Assembly: GCA_963749495.1 (NCBI GenBank)
Contig: CAVVMW010000024.1
Coordinates: 128,001 to 192,000 of the forward strand
Origin: an uncultured bacterium
Lineage (GTDB): Bacteria > Verrucomicrobiota > Verrucomicrobiia > Limisphaerales > UBA8199
DNA: 64,000 bases
Direction of reading: 5' to 3'
A program made the translations under genes and the position numbers. Positions 21,279 to 33,106 of the stretch are shown in pieces. Positions within the stretch are counted from its first letter, which is position 1. The number at the start of each line of letters is the position of its first letter. The notes beneath the pieces are model-generated. The model was not told the origin of the DNA, made no database searches, and saw only the letters and a program-made list of their open reading frames with translations.

Positions 21279-21434
21279 TGAAATCGAACAACGCAACATT
21301 GGCACAACCTTCGTCGCAGCCTTTGTCGGGTCCTTTGTCGAGAATTGGGGCCTTCGACAAAGGTCGCGACAAAGGCTGCGACGAAGGTCCGGAATCCGCA
21401 GGCTGTGCCAATGTTGGTTGCTGCGATTTAGTTG

Positions 21435-23383
21435 CTAACTCCCGGATTTGGGCGCCGGTTGCGGCATCTCCGGGTAGCCCCACGCCCAATCTCCCTGTTC
21501 CTCCCGGAGGTAGCGTCCGTTGCGCGAGAATCCCATCGTGCCGCCATCGTCGGTCTCATTCCAGCCGACCGAATAGAGGACGAACCGGTCATCGGCGGTC
21601 CGGCGGTATTTGAGCGGTTGGCCGTTGATAATGTCAGATGGGAGCCGGTCAATCAATTGCGGTTTGAGCGCGTCGAGCGAGTCGGGGAGCTTGCCCTGGG
21701 AAAGGCGGCAGCGTTCGAGGGCGCAGGCGACGGCGGCGCAGTCCAGGCCGGCCTGCGTAAAGGCAATGCGTTGCGGGAAGTGTTGGGCATCCCTCACGAA
21801 ACTCACCGTGCCGGAACAGTTGGTGGCGCAGAAACCAGTGGAGGCTGGGATGCTCCCGTTCGTTCCCAACCACTTCGGCGAGTTGGCGGGCGGCGGCGGG
21901 GCTGATGATGCGCTTGGCAGCGTCAATGGTGGGCAGGGCATTCTCCTGGTACACCCGGTTCAAGTCGAGTTGCTCGAAGGTAGGACCAGCCCGTGGGCGC
22001 GAGGCCGGCGATGACCAGGAGGTCCTGCTGTCGGGGATCACGCGAGGCGAAGTTGCACAGGTAATTGAAAAGGTTGTGGCGTTCCGGTCCGCGGCGCAGG
22101 TGATCGATCAGCCGCACCTCGATGAAGACGCGCTCCGCCTCCAGCGCGCGTCTGGCATCCGCGCAGAGGTCCGTGCGCAGGAGGCGCTCCTGGAGGGCGC
22201 GCAATTGGGGTTCAGACCATTGATGGCCGGCGAGGCCCTCGCTCAACGCCTGGAGGGCGCTTTGCAAGGCCCTGGTTCGAACAAGGCTCGAGATGATTAG
22301 CGGCTCGTCGCGAATAGTGTCGGCGAGGTCGAGGACCAACTGCAGGTCGTCAAAGGCGGCATCGGCCTGGCCCAGGGCAAGCCTGGCGGAGGCGCGGAGT
22401 TCGAGAATCGAGCAGGCCCGCCGGATGGGGCTCAAGTGCCGCTCCGGGATGCCCCAGGGATATTCATAGTCATAAGGGAGGTTGAACCGGGAATGGGGGC
22501 GGCGGCAGGCGGCACGGAGTTCCTCGAAGACCGGGTCGCATTCGGCCAGCGCGGCCAGCACCGCTTTTGCGGCCTCGGGCACCGTCGAGTTGGTCAAGGC
22601 CCGCGCCGCCTCAGGGGGCACGGTATAATTGGTGCCTTGCAGGAACTGCACGTGCCACCGTTGCAGGTGCGGGAGGTGGGCCCAGGAATGGAGCAGACCT
22701 TCGTCCGGTGGCTTCAAGCTCATCCAGGTTGTGGCCTTGTCGGCGGCCTCATAGCGCGGGGCGAATTTCTCAATGCGCTCCACGGCCTTCGGGTCGCGCG
22801 GCTCATAGGGATAGGACCCGCCAGTCTTAAACTCAAAGAGCGGCGCCAGGAAGGGCGTCATGGCGAAATTCTCGGCATCCGGCACCGGCGGCGGCACGAA
22901 GTCCGCAATGGTCAGTTTCCCGCCCTGGGCCTTGAGTTGGCCTTTGTAACTTTCCCACGCGTGTCTTCCGCGCCAATTCTCTTCCGTGTAGAAAAGCGCT
23001 ACCACCGTGGCGCAACAGGCCAGGCCGAAAAGGGCCAAGCGCCCGGCGAGCGGGGGCCTGGGCAGGCCGGCCGCCTCGGGCAGACGGGCCATAGGCGCCA
23101 ACCAACCCCACACCAGCGGGGCCGCGACGGTCAGCAGAAGCACCGCCCCGATGAAAGCCAGGAACATTGACTCGAGCGGCCAGCCGGCGGCGAATTCATT
23201 TGCCCAGAGTCCCAGGATCCCCTCGTCCCTAAGCCCCGACAGCGGGAACCATATAAGGTAGCCGGCCACATACAGCGCGGCTGCCCCGAGGCTGTGCATC
23301 AACAGCCGATAGATAACGGTGGACCAGGCGACAACGCGTTTGCCGTCCGCCTTGCCCACGAGAAACAATTTGGTGGTTTTCAT
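21435..23383 (-). CDS. Membrane-anchored hypothetical protein; apparent frameshift(s) near 21940-21970
   Basis: TM helices; EENWRGRHAWE and PPPVPDAENFA; C-terminal ALERCRL...YSVGWNETDDGG lies in another frame. Confidence 0.6.
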
Positions 23384-23482
23384 ATGTTGGAATCGGATTT
23401 CGCCCACGTGTGCAGTTGGCGCATTCGTCATTCGTCATTCGTCATTCGTCATTCGACGCCCCCTGCCCACGGAGTTGGTTCA

Positions 23483-23934
23483 CTACGCGAGATCGATCTG
23501 GCGCCGCGCCTCACTGTGGGGCTTGGGGGGCGATGGCCTGGGCGGGGCAACGTCCGGTGGTTCAGCGGGCTCGATCCATTTGGCCAGCAGCCGCTGCTGT
23601 TCCATCCGGGCGTCCATCAGCGCGCGCACCGAAATGCCCGCCTCCTGGGCCGGAGCAGCGGGGGCCTGGTCCCGCATCGCCAGTTGGGCGCCCAGAATGC
23701 CGAGCCAAACAATCGCCAGCGCCGCCCAAGCCGTTGGCGACGGCCAGAGGATGGCGGGGCGCGAGTCGAATGGAGCCAGGAGAGCGCGCCACCAGGGCGC
23801 CCGGCGGCCTGGCCGCGCGGGGCCGGGCAGCGGGGCCGCTTGGCGGGCGGCCTGGAGGATCGGCGCTCGCCAATCGGGGGGATCTCCCTCAAGGGCTGCC
23901 GTGCGATCTGCCTTTCCAAGTCATCCGGTTTCAT
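23483..23934 (-). CDS. Putative anti-sigma factor (frameshifted)
   Basis: Overlaps the ECF sigma stop; MKPDDLERQIARQPLREIP; WP-containing TM-like segment split across frames. Confidence 0.5.
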
Positions 23935-24449
23935 TTGATTTCGTCATAGAGAGGACGCAGCCGCTGGCGCAATTTGTCTAATCCGTAGCGATAGCGGCTG
24001 GCGGCCGTGTTCGGGGGAATGTCCAGGAGGCTGGCAATCTGCTCGAAGGTCAGTCCCTCCCAAAGCTTGAGATGGACCACCTCCCGCTGGTCGGCGGGAA
24101 GCTCATCCAGCGCGGCCTCCAGGGCCTGGCGGAAGGCCCGTTCATCCGGGTCCGAGGCCGGCGCGAAGAGCGGGGATGCCTGGACTTCGCGCGCCAGTTG
24201 GTCCGAATGCCTCTGGGCTGCGCCGCGCCGCCGGAACAGATCTATGGCCAGGTTTCGAGCCAGGCGCAGCAGGAACGCGCGCTCCTCGCGCACGCCCTCG
24301 AGCAGGTCCGGACGCTGGGCCAGCTTGGTGAACAGGGCCTGGAGGAGGTCCCGTGTGTCGACCTCGTTCCGCGTCAGGTTCAAGAGGTACGAGAACAGGG
24401 CCTGCGCATGGTCCTGGTACAACCGCTCAAGCTCGATCGGCGCTGGCAT
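23931..24449 (-). CDS. ECF RNA polymerase sigma-70 factor
   Basis: DLLQALF, LARNLAID and LPADQREVVHLKLWEGLTFEQIA...ASRYRYG motifs. Confidence 0.92.
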   Translation of the reverse strand: MPAPIELERLYQDHAQALFSYLLNLTRNEVDTRDLLQALFTKLAQRPDLLEGVREERAFLLRLARNLAIDLFRRRGAAQRHSDQLAREVQASPLFAPASDPDERAFRQALEAALDELPADQREVVHLKLWEGLTFEQIASLLDIPPNTAASRYRYGLDKLRQRLRPLYDEIK

Positions 24450-24564
24450 CTGTTTATATCATGACGCGCCCCGCAGCCGGATTTGTCTGCCGGCCCGGGT
24501 GCGGATCTGAGCATTTGACAGTCGGTCCTGGGTTTGCCTCACGTTCGTTTCGCGGAGTCCTGCG

Positions 24565-25120
24565 CGCGCGTCGCGCAGCGACGCACTGAAGGTAGCCGTG
24601 GACCTCGGTCCACGGTTGGGGACGCCGGAAGGCTCGCGCGTCGCGTAGCGACGCCTGACGGCGTCGCGCTTTTCAGGCGTCGCTACGCGACGCGGTCGAG
24701 CTTGGGCCATGGGTCCGTGGACTGGAAGTCCACGGCTACCATCGGGCAGCGCTACGCGGTGAGCCGGACGTAGTGCGCGCGTCGCGGAGCGACGCACTGA
24801 AGGCAGCCGTGGACCTCGGTCCTTGTCATTACCCACATCCTCACGCGCCCTCATGGAGCGGATCTGATGACCGTCAAGGATCTCCGAAGCACATTTCTCA
24901 TCCCGGAGGGATGCCAGATGGTAGCCGGGGGTCGAAGCGTCGCGAGACCCCCGGTCCCGCCCAGGGCAAGGGATTGCATCCCGGAGGGATGCCAGAAGGC
25001 GCCCACCGCGCACGTGTGCCCTTCTGGCACCCCGCCGGGGTGCAGGGCCACCAACGCCCTCAACCGGGGGTCGCCGCCGGACGGCGACCCCCGGCTACCT
25101 TCTGCCAACCCTCCGGGTTG
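24565..25120. repeat. Composite repeat: family D (GTCGCGTAGCGAC / GGTAGCCGTGGAC...GTCCACGG) plus family C
   Basis: Nested palindromes; about 24770-25120 is an inverted near-copy of about 46630-46985. Confidence 0.85.
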
Positions 25121-25340
25121 GCCGAGCGTTGCCGCCGGCTGGCATGAAGGGCGCCTTTGGCGGCTAAACTGGCCTGCTCCTCGTGCATTTCTCCCGCCTG
25201 CCCACAAGAGCAACTGATAGGATCGGTGAAAAGATGTGGGTAATGACGTGGACTGGAAGTCAACGGCTACCCTCAGGCACCGCTACGCGGTGCCGAAGCG
25301 TCCGGAAACGCTCCAGGCCTTGGCAGTGCCCATCATGCCC

Positions 25341-25793
25341 CTACTCCCTCAGCTTCGAGTCGATGATGATCGTCACCGGCCCGTCATTAGTCAGGCTTAC
25401 CTGCATCCGGGCCCCGAATTCCCCGGTCTGGACTGGTTTGCCCAGCCCCTGTGAGAGCCGCGCCACGAACCGCTCGTAGAGCGGCACCGCAATCTCCGGT
25501 CCGGCGGAGTGGCTGTAAGAGGGACGGTTGCCCTTGCGGGTGCTGGCATACAGAGTGAATTGGCTGACCACCAGGACCTGGCCCTGCACGTCCTGCAGTG
25601 ACCGGTTCATCACGCCGGCCTCATCGTCGAAAATCCGCAAGCGGGCAATCTTGCCGCTGAGCCATTCGATGTCCTCGTCCGTGTCCGCCGCTTCCACCGC
25701 CACCAGGATTAGCAATCCCTTTGCGATGGCCCCTTTGACAGTGCCCTCGATAGTGACGCTTGCCTGCGAAACTCGTTGGATGACGGCGCGCAT
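25341..25793 (-). CDS. dtd: D-aminoacyl-tRNA deacylase
   Basis: [14 protein letters not shown] and NDGPVT motifs. Confidence 0.96.
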   Translation of the reverse strand: MRAVIQRVSQASVTIEGTVKGAIAKGLLILVAVEAADTDEDIEWLSGKIARLRIFDDEAGVMNRSLQDVQGQVLVVSQFTLYASTRKGNRPSYSHSAGPEIAVPLYERFVARLSQGLGKPVQTGEFGARMQVSLTNDGPVTIIIDSKLRE

Positions 25794-25907
25794 AATGGCT
25801 CGCCACAGAAAAACCGAGCGAGCGGTCCCGGACAAGAAAATTGATCCGCCAGAAAGAAAGACCTGGCAGAAAAATGAAATGGCAGAAAGATGCACTACAG
25901 AGGGACG

Positions 25908-26024
25908 GCCCCTCACCCCGGCCCTCTCCCCATCTGATGGGGAGAGGGAGACAACCTGACGACCGCGTAGCAGGCCTCATTCGTCATTCGTCATTCGTCA
26001 TTCGTCATTCGTCATTCGTCATTC
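25908..26024. repeat. Family E hairpin (CCCTCACCCCGGCCCTCTCCC...GGGAGAGGG) plus (GTCATTC)n array
   Basis: Family E also at about 38763-38805 and 49093-49237. Confidence 0.85.
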
Positions 26025-26097
26025 GATTCCTCATTTCCCGGCTTGCCAGCGGCCCGATTTCGCCTTATTTTGGCGGTGCGCGACGATGAAATAGTTG

Positions 26098-26125
26098 TTG
26101 CAACATAGGGTTCGTCTGTTATATT
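26098..26125 (+). promoter_or_regulatory. Putative sigma-70 promoter of rpsL
   Basis: TTGCAA-N16-TATATT with TG extended -10. Confidence 0.5.
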
Positions 26126-26181
26126 CCGCGTTCCTTTGCCCTGCAACGCGGGGCAAGGGACAGGAATTTTGTTACGCGAAA

Positions 26182-26610
26182 ATGCCGACCATCAATCAAT
26201 TAGTCCGTCAAGGCCGCCGCAAGCTGAGGCACAAGTCCAAGTCGCCGGCGCTGGGCAATTCGCCGTTCCGGCGGGGGGTGTGCATCCAAGTGATGACGCG
26301 CACGCCCAAGAAGCCGAACTCGGCGATGCGCAAAGTGGCCAAGGTGCGCCTGACCAACGGGCACGAGGTCATCGCCTACATCCCGGACGAGGGCCACAAC
26401 CTGCAGGAGCACTCGATCGTCCTGGTCCGGGGCGGGCGCGTGAAGGACTTGCCCGGCGTGCGCTACCACATTGTGCGCGGGACGCTGGACGCCGCCGGCG
26501 TCGAGAAACGCCGGGTCAGCCGCTCCAAATACGGGGTCAAACGCCCCAAGGAGGGCGCCAAGCCGGCGGCGGCTGCAGCCCCGGCCCCCGCCGCCGCACC
26601 TGCCGCCTGA
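26182..26610 (+). CDS. rpsL: 30S ribosomal protein S12
   Basis: [17 protein letters not shown] and [10 protein letters not shown]; Ala/Pro-rich C-terminal tail. Confidence 0.98.
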   Translation: MPTINQLVRQGRRKLRHKSKSPALGNSPFRRGVCIQVMTRTPKKPNSAMRKVAKVRLTNGHEVIAYIPDEGHNLQEHSIVLVRGGRVKDLPGVRYHIVRGTLDAAGVEKRRVSRSKYGVKRPKEGAKPAAAAAPAPAAAPAA

Positions 26611-26652
26611 CCTGACTTCAGCCGATTTAATCGTTTAACGCTCAACGCACAC

Positions 26653-27126
26653 ATGTCTCGACGACGACAAGCGGCCCGCCGGCCGGCCATCAAAGACGCG
26701 AAATTCAACAGCACGCTGGTTTCGCGGCTGGTGAACACGGTCATGCAGCGTGGCAAGAAGAGTGTGGCCCAAGGCATTGTCTATGGCGCCTTCGACCAGA
26801 TCATCGCCAAGAACCCGGCGTCCAACCCGCTGGAGGTCCTGCAGCGGGCGGTGGACAACGCCAAACCGCGCCTGGAGGTCAAGGCCCGGCGCGTGGGCGG
26901 CGCCACTTACCAGGTGCCGCTGGAGGTCCCGGCCGACCGCCAGTTTTCCCTTGCGCTGCGCTGGCTGGTGGACTTTGCCGACGCCCGCAAAGGCATCCCC
27001 ATGCAGGACGCCCTGGCCTCCGAGATCCTCGAGGCCTACCAGGGGCAGGGCAACGCCATCCGCAAACGCGACGAGGTCCATAAGATGGCCCAGGCCAACA
27101 AAGCATTCGCCCACTTCCGCTGGTAA
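26653..27126 (+). CDS. rpsG: 30S ribosomal protein S7
   Basis: RRVGGATYQVP and HKMAQANKAFAHFRW motifs. Confidence 0.98.
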   Translation: MSRRRQAARRPAIKDAKFNSTLVSRLVNTVMQRGKKSVAQGIVYGAFDQIIAKNPASNPLEVLQRAVDNAKPRLEVKARRVGGATYQVPLEVPADRQFSLALRWLVDFADARKGIPMQDALASEILEAYQGQGNAIRKRDEVHKMAQANKAFAHFRW

Positions 27127-27143
27127 GACATAGCCCTGAATTT

Positions 27144-27184
27144 CGCCCCGACGGCGCCGGCCGGTTCCTCGGGGCGTTTTTATT
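27144..27184 (+). terminator. Intrinsic terminator-like hairpin between rpsG and fusA
   Basis: CGCCCCGA / TCGGGGCG stem followed by TTTTTATT. Confidence 0.5.
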
Positions 27185-27217
27185 CCCAGATTTAACGATA
27201 TTGATACGGAGGACACT

Positions 27218-29416
27218 ATGGAAGCGGTATTAGAGAAGAGCAAAAGCAAAACGGCGGCGCCTCGGGGGCCTGATTCCCCGCGACGGCCCTACTCGATGGA
27301 ACGTACCCGCAACATCGGCATCGCCGCGCACATCGACGCGGGCAAGACCACGACCACCGAGCGCATCCTCTTTTACACCGGCCTCATCCACAAGATGGGG
27401 GACGTCAATGACGGCAATACCGTCACCGACTGGATGGAGCAGGAACGCGAGCGGGGCATCACGATTACTTCCGCCGCCACCAGCTGCTACTGGACGCAGA
27501 AGGAAGACGGCACCTTCAAGCTCTTCCGCGGGGTGCCCCACCGCGTCAACATCATCAACACTCCGGGCCACGTGGATTTCACGGCCGAGGTCGAACGCTC
27601 GATGCGCGTCCTGGACGGCGCCGTCGCCGTCTTTTGCGGCGTGGCCGGCGTGCAGCCCCAGTCCGAAACGGTCTGGCGCCAGGCCACCAAGTACAAAGTC
27701 CCCCGCATCGCCTTCGTCAACAAGATGGACCGCACGGGCGCCAACTTCGAAAACGCGCTCAACGACATGCGCAAGAAGCTTAGCGCCTATGCCCACCCCG
27801 TCTTCCTGCCCCTGGGCAAGGAGGACGACTTTCGCGGCCTCATCGATGTCGTGAACCAGAAGGCCATCGTTTATGACCCCAACGATGACGTCGGCCTCGA
27901 GTACGCCATCACGGACATCCCCGCCGAGTTCAAGGACTGGGCCGGCGCGGCCCTGGCCCAGTTGGTGGACGCGGTGGCCAATAAGGACGACGCGGTCGCG
28001 GAGTTGGTCATCGAGAACAAACCGGTGCCCCCGCACGTCCTCAAGGCCGCCATCCGCCGCCTGACCTGCAGGCTCCAGATGGTGCCCGTCCTCTGCGGTT
28101 CGGCCTTCAAGAAACGCGGTGTCCAGCCCCTGATCGATGCCGTCATCGATTACCTCCCTTCGCCCCTGGACGTGCCCGCCCCGGTCGGCGTGGTTTCCGA
28201 CTCGGCCCAAACCGTCGAGGTGCGCTCCGACGACCATGCCAAGTTCTGCTCCCTGGCCTTCAAGCTCTGGACTGACCCCTATGTGGGCAAACTGGTGTTC
28301 TTCCGCGTTTACAGCGGACAGCTCAAGAAGGGCGACATCATCTACAACACCCGCACCCGCAAACGCGATCGCGTCAATCGCGTCATGATGGTCCAGGCCG
28401 ACAAACGCATCGATGTCGAGGCGGTCTATTCGGGCGACATCGCCGCTCTGGTCGGGCTCAGGAACATCAAGACCGGCGACACCCTCTGCGACGAGGACCT
28501 CGACGTCATGCTCGAACCGCCCACCTTTCCTGAGCCGGTCATCTCGATGGCCGTCGAGCCCAAGACCAAGGCCGACCGGGAGAAGATGAGCGAGGGCCTG
28601 CAGCGCCTGGCCGAGGAAGACCCCACCTTCCAGTGTTTCACCAACGAGGAGACCGGCCAGCTCATCATCGCCGGGATGGGCGAACTGCACCTCGAAATCA
28701 TCCGCGACCGCCTCTTCCGCGAGTTCAAGGTCGCCGCCAATGCCGGCGCCCCGCAGATCGCCTACCGTGAGACCGTGACCAAGTCCGCCCAGGGCGAGGG
28801 CAAGTTCATCCGCCAATCCGGCGGCCGCGGCCAATACGGCCACGCCCTGGTCACGCTGGCCCCCAACCCGCGCGGCAAGGGCCTCGAAATCGAAAACAAA
28901 ATCGTCGGCGGCGCCATCCCCAAGGAATACATCCCCGCCGTCATCGATGGCATCAAGGAAGCCGCCGCCGGCGGCATCCTGGCCAACTACCCCGTGGTGG
29001 ACGTGAAGGTCGCCATTATTGACGGCACCTTCCATGAGGTCGATTCGAGCGAACTGGCCTTCAAGATGGCCGGCATCTTCGCAGTCAAAGACGCTGCCAA
29101 GAGGGCCAACCCGATCCTGCTCGAACCCATCATGAAGGTCGAGTTGACCACACCCGATGAGTACCAGGGCGACCTGCTGGGCGACCTCAACCGGCGCCGC
29201 GGCAAGATCGTCCATATCGAGGCCAAGGAAGGTCTGACCATCGTTACCGCCGAGGTGCCCCTGGCCGAGATGTTCGGTTACGCCACCGCTATCCGCTCCT
29301 TGTCCAAGGGCCGCGCCTCCCATGCCATGGAGCCCCTCCGCTTCGATCCTGTCCCCGCCTCCATCGCCGCCGGCATCCTCGACGCCGCCAAAGGCAAAGC
29401 CCCCCCGCGCGCCTGA
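27218..29416 (+). CDS. fusA: Elongation factor G
   Basis: [34 protein letters not shown] and HEVDSSE motifs; G3 reads NTPG. Confidence 0.96.
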   Translation: MEAVLEKSKSKTAAPRGPDSPRRPYSMERTRNIGIAAHIDAGKTTTTERILFYTGLIHKMGDVNDGNTVTDWMEQERERGITITSAATSCYWTQKEDGTFKLFRGVPHRVNIINTPGHVDFTAEVERSMRVLDGAVAVFCGVAGVQPQSETVWRQATKYKVPRIAFVNKMDRTGANFENALNDMRKKLSAYAHPVFLPLGKEDDFRGLIDVVNQKAIVYDPNDDVGLEYAITDIPAEFKDWAGAALAQLVDAVANKDDAVAELVIENKPVPPHVLKAAIRRLTCRLQMVPVLCGSAFKKRGVQPLIDAVIDYLPSPLDVPAPVGVVSDSAQTVEVRSDDHAKFCSLAFKLWTDPYVGKLVFFRVYSGQLKKGDIIYNTRTRKRDRVNRVMMVQADKRIDVEAVYSGDIAALVGLRNIKTGDTLCDEDLDVMLEPPTFPEPVISMAVEPKTKADREKMSEGLQRLAEEDPTFQCFTNEETGQLIIAGMGELHLEIIRDRLFREFKVAANAGAPQIAYRETVTKSAQGEGKFIRQSGGRGQYGHALVTLAPNPRGKGLEIENKIVGGAIPKEYIPAVIDGIKEAAAGGILANYPVVDVKVAIIDGTFHEVDSSELAFKMAGIFAVKDAAKRANPILLEPIMKVELTTPDEYQGDLLGDLNRRRGKIVHIEAKEGLTIVTAEVPLAEMFGYATAIRSLSKGRASHAMEPLRFDPVPASIAAGILDAAKGKAPPRA

Positions 29417-29975
29417 ACCTGAAAAACGGCGGTTCAACCACGGATGAACCATGGGCCTGATTCTGTTCGGGGTATGCCACCTCGAATGACTCCCATCAGA
29501 GCCCGTCCGCAGGGTGAGCTCGCCGATGCACCAGGGCCGAAGGCCCGCAATGTGATAGCCTGGGCTGGAGCGAGTCCGACGAGCGGAGGCCCAGGTCAGC
29601 CTCCGTCGCGGACATCCCCAGCCCTGTAAGATTTCCCCCAAACGGAATTTGGCGCATTGAACCCCCGAACCTCGTCGTTTTGTGCAAGTACTTCGCCTGC
29701 AATTGATTGCGCAGTAACTCCCCCCGGAGGTTCCTGGGGAGGGCGTCACCCCTCATGTCCCAGTCTTTGGCCAACATCGCTGCTCGCTCGCCTTCAGCAC
29801 CAAAAGCCATCTTCCGCCCCTACGGGGCGGAGCAAAGGTCTCTCTCGGCCCTTACCTGGGGCTGCGCGCTGCGCGCTTCACCCCAGGCTTTCACATTGCG
29901 GGCCTTCGGCCCTCTTGTTTTCCTAGCTTATGGCTGCCATTTCCAGGATTATTTCTTGCACGAACCCTTGGCGCC

Positions 29976-30888
29976 ATGAATGTGCTTGAGCGGTGGATGC
30001 GCCGGCTCGGGCGAGGCCTGAACCGGGCGGGCCTGGGCTTGGTTGCCCTCTTGCTGGCCGGTTGCCTCTCGCTCCCGCCCCAATCTCAACCGCAAGCCCA
30101 ATCCCAGTCCCAAGCGCCCCCGCAACCGCAGTCCCAATCGGCCGCCTTCACTTTCGTGCAGCTCTGCGACCCGCAAATGGGCTTCGTGGACTACGCCGCC
30201 GAATTGGCCCGGTTCAACCGGGCCATCGACCAGGTCAACGCGCTCAAGCCGGACCTGGTGGTCATCTGCGGCGACCTGGTACACTATGCCAGCCGGAAGG
30301 CATTCGCCGATTTCAATGCCGCCAGGGCGCGCCTGCGCGTGCCCTGCTATTGCGCCCCCGGCAACCATGACGTGGGCGACGCGCCCACACCGCAATCGCT
30401 GCGCCTTTACCGGGAGTGCATCGGCCCGGACTATTATTCCTTCGAGCACAAGGGCTGTGTCTTTGCAGTTGTCAACAGCCAGCTCTGGAAATCGCCTGTC
30501 CCCGGCGAATCCGAGCGGCAGGATGCGTGGCTCAGCCAAACCCTGGCGGAAGCCGCCTGGCAAAGGCCGGCCCATCATCGTCGTCGAGCACATCCCGGTC
30601 TTTGCCAGGACGCCGGAGGAACGGGATGCTCACGACAATCTGCCCTTGAAAAAGCGCCTCGAACTGCTCGCCCTCTTCGAGCAGCGCGGCGTCCAACTTG
30701 TGTTGGCCGGCCATGCCCACCGCAGGCTGATTGGGCAGTTCCATGGCATCCGGATGGTCGCCGGAGAGACCACGAGCGTCAATTTCGACTTTCGGCCCTT
30801 TGGCTTCCGCCTGTGGCACATCGGTGTTGGACAGCCCTGGCGCAATGAGTTTGTGGTGCTGCGGCGGGAGGGGAAGCGGGGCGAATGA
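29976..30888 (+). CDS. Calcineurin-like metallophosphoesterase lipoprotein; frameshift near 30560
   Basis: LAGC lipobox; DPQMG, CGDLV and PGNHD; HIP and AGHAH in the second frame. Confidence 0.85.
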
Positions 30889-31088
30889 CGAATGACGAAT
30901 GACGAATGACGAATGGCGAATGGCGAATGGCGAATGACGAATGACGAATGACGAATGACGAATGACGAATGACGAATGGCGAATGACGAATGACGAATGA
31001 CGAATGACGAATGACGAATGACGAATGACGAATGGCGAATGACCAGGACTCGCTTGTCATTCGTCATTCGTCATTCGTCATTCCTCAT
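30883..31088. repeat. Long (GAATGAC/GAATGGC)n heptamer array with short inverted arm
   Basis: About 22 units followed by (GTCATTC)n. Confidence 0.95.
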
Positions 31089-31238
31089 TCCTCTCCTGTC
31101 CCTTTTGTCCCTTGCATCTTCATCTCGCGTGGTGGCGGCGGGGCGGGGGGGATTGCTGTCCGCCGGTGTGCCCTGGCCCGGTCCGTTGGCCCGGTTTTTG
31201 CTCGACTTTGGGCGGCAGAAGAATAGTATAGCTGTGGT

Positions 31239-32050
31239 GTGAACTCGGTCGTCCGTCATGTTGTGAGTCTTCGAGGCCCCCGCAGGGGCAGTTCCCTCTC
31301 CACCCAGGCCGTTTTGGCGGGCTTACTGCTAGGGGCTGTGACGTGCGCGCGCGCCACCGACTGGCCCCAGTACCGCGGTCCCAACCACGATGGCACCTAC
31401 CCAGGCAGTCTCACGACCAACTGGACCGGGTCGGCGACGACGCCCTTGTGGCGGATGACGTTGGGCCAGGGCTTCAGTTCTTTCGCGGTCTCGCAGGCAA
31501 AGGCCATCACCCAGGTGTATCGCAACAACAAGGAGACCTGCTCTGGTCCTATGACGGTTTTGGGCGGGGGAGTGTGACGCTGGCCGGGGGCCTGATCCTC
31601 GGGTTGAGCGAGGCGGGTTGGCTGCGGCTGATCCGTCCGGACACCAGTGCCTATACGGAACTGGCCTCGTTCCAGGCCCTGGACAGCGGCAATTGCTGGA
31701 ACTCCATCGCCATCGCCGATGGACGGGTCTATGCGCGCAGCACCTCCCAGGCGGCCTGCTTCGACTTCTCGCCCCCCAATCTGCCCAAGCCGGACCTCAG
31801 GCTGGACCCTCCTGCTTGGGCCGGACCCGACAAGTTCCGCCTGACTGTGCGCGCGGCCGACGGCACGCCCGTGGATTCGAGCCGCCTGGCCGCCATGGAA
31901 GTGATGGCCAGCCCCAGCCTCGGTTTGCCTCGCTCCCAATGGTCCAGGCTGACCAACTCGCTGGTCCTCACCAACGGCAACGTCCTCATCGACAACCTGG
32001 ACGCGGCGGACTGGCAGGCGGAGTTCTTCATGGTGGCTGAACCGAAATAG
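31239..32050 (+). pseudogene. PQQ-like beta-propeller (BamB-like) protein with large internal deletion and frame change near 31540
   Basis: ATDWPQYRGPNHDG N-terminus joined to WNSIAIADGRVYARS last blade and a C-terminal surface domain. Confidence 0.65.
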
Positions 32051-32057
32051 CCCAACT

Positions 32058-32969
32058 ATGTCAGACCTCGGTTCACAAGAGAGGGTTGAGGGTCGAGGGT
32101 CGGGGGTCGAGGGAGCCCCGATGGGCGGCACATCTCTCCCTACGTTTCACGTTTCACGTTTCACGTTTCACGTCGAAGGAATCCAAAGCCGCCGACCCTC
32201 GTCCCTCCTGCCTCGCCCTTCGCCCCTCGTCCCTCGCTCCCGCGCCTTCACCCTGATCGAGCTGCTGGTGGTCATCGCCATCATCGCAATCCTGGCGGCC
32301 ATGCTGCTGCCGGCGCTGGCCAGCGCCAAAGAGAAGGGCCGGCGGACCACCTGCAAGAACAGCCAGCGGCAGTTTATCCTGGCCGTACACATGTTTGCCA
32401 ACGACCAAGAGCAGTGGCTCCCAACCGGGGCCTCGGACATGGGCCCCCTGGATGACCACCTCCCCGTCTTGTGTACCAATACGCGCAATGCGATCATCGA
32501 GTACACCGGGAACTACAAGATCCTCGATTGCCCGAGCCTGGGCTTGCCCTTCAATCAGCCCTGGGGCTGGATTCCGGATGATGGCGCAGGCTACGGAGTG
32601 GTCATCGGCTACAACTACAACGGCGGCCACACCAATACCCCGTGGCCCGCCCTGCCGGGCAACAGCGCCGTGTGGATCTCTCCTCAGAAACTCACCGACC
32701 CCAGCAGCCTGGTCCTGCTCTCCGACCTCAATGACTGGTCACCCGGCTACGGCAAGACCTTCGCCCCGCACGGCAAAAACGGACCCGTCCTGGCCGGCGG
32801 CGATCCCACCAACGTCGGCGCCAACGGCGCCTCGTCACTGGCTGTCGGCGCAACCGGCGGCAACGTCGGCTTGCTCGACGGCTCGGTCTCCTGGCGCCAG
32901 GCCCGGACCATGCTCAGCTATCGCGCCTCCCAGCAGTGGGGCAACAGCGGTTGCCAGGCGATGTGGTGA
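32058..32969 (+). CDS. Prepilin-type N-terminal cleavage/methylation protein (DUF1559-like)
   Basis: [23 protein letters not shown] and [11 protein letters not shown]; leader built from heptamer repeats, so the start is uncertain. Confidence 0.85.
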   Translation: MSDLGSQERVEGRGSGVEGAPMGGTSLPTFHVSRFTFHVEGIQSRRPSSLLPRPSPLVPRSRAFTLIELLVVIAIIAILAAMLLPALASAKEKGRRTTCKNSQRQFILAVHMFANDQEQWLPTGASDMGPLDDHLPVLCTNTRNAIIEYTGNYKILDCPSLGLPFNQPWGWIPDDGAGYGVVIGYNYNGGHTNTPWPALPGNSAVWISPQKLTDPSSLVLLSDLNDWSPGYGKTFAPHGKNGPVLAGGDPTNVGANGASSLAVGATGGNVGLLDGSVSWRQARTMLSYRASQQWGNSGCQAMW

Positions 32970-32970
32970 T

Positions 32971-33104
32971 GAATGACGAATGACGAATGACGAATGACGA
33001 ATGACGAATGACGAATGACGAATGACGAAGGTGAAACGTGAAACGTGAAAAACGAAGGATGAACCTCTGGTGATTCGTCATTCGTCATTCGTCATTCGTC
33101 ATTC
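32971..33104. repeat. Inverted heptamer array between convergent genes (GAATGAC, TGAAACG, GTCATTC)
   Basis: Directly visible. Confidence 0.95.
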
Positions 33105-33106
33105 TC

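Noticed and set aside
30630..31242. ORFs with IRHSSFV / MTNDE repeats
   Set aside because: They are translations of the GAATGAC heptamer arrays.
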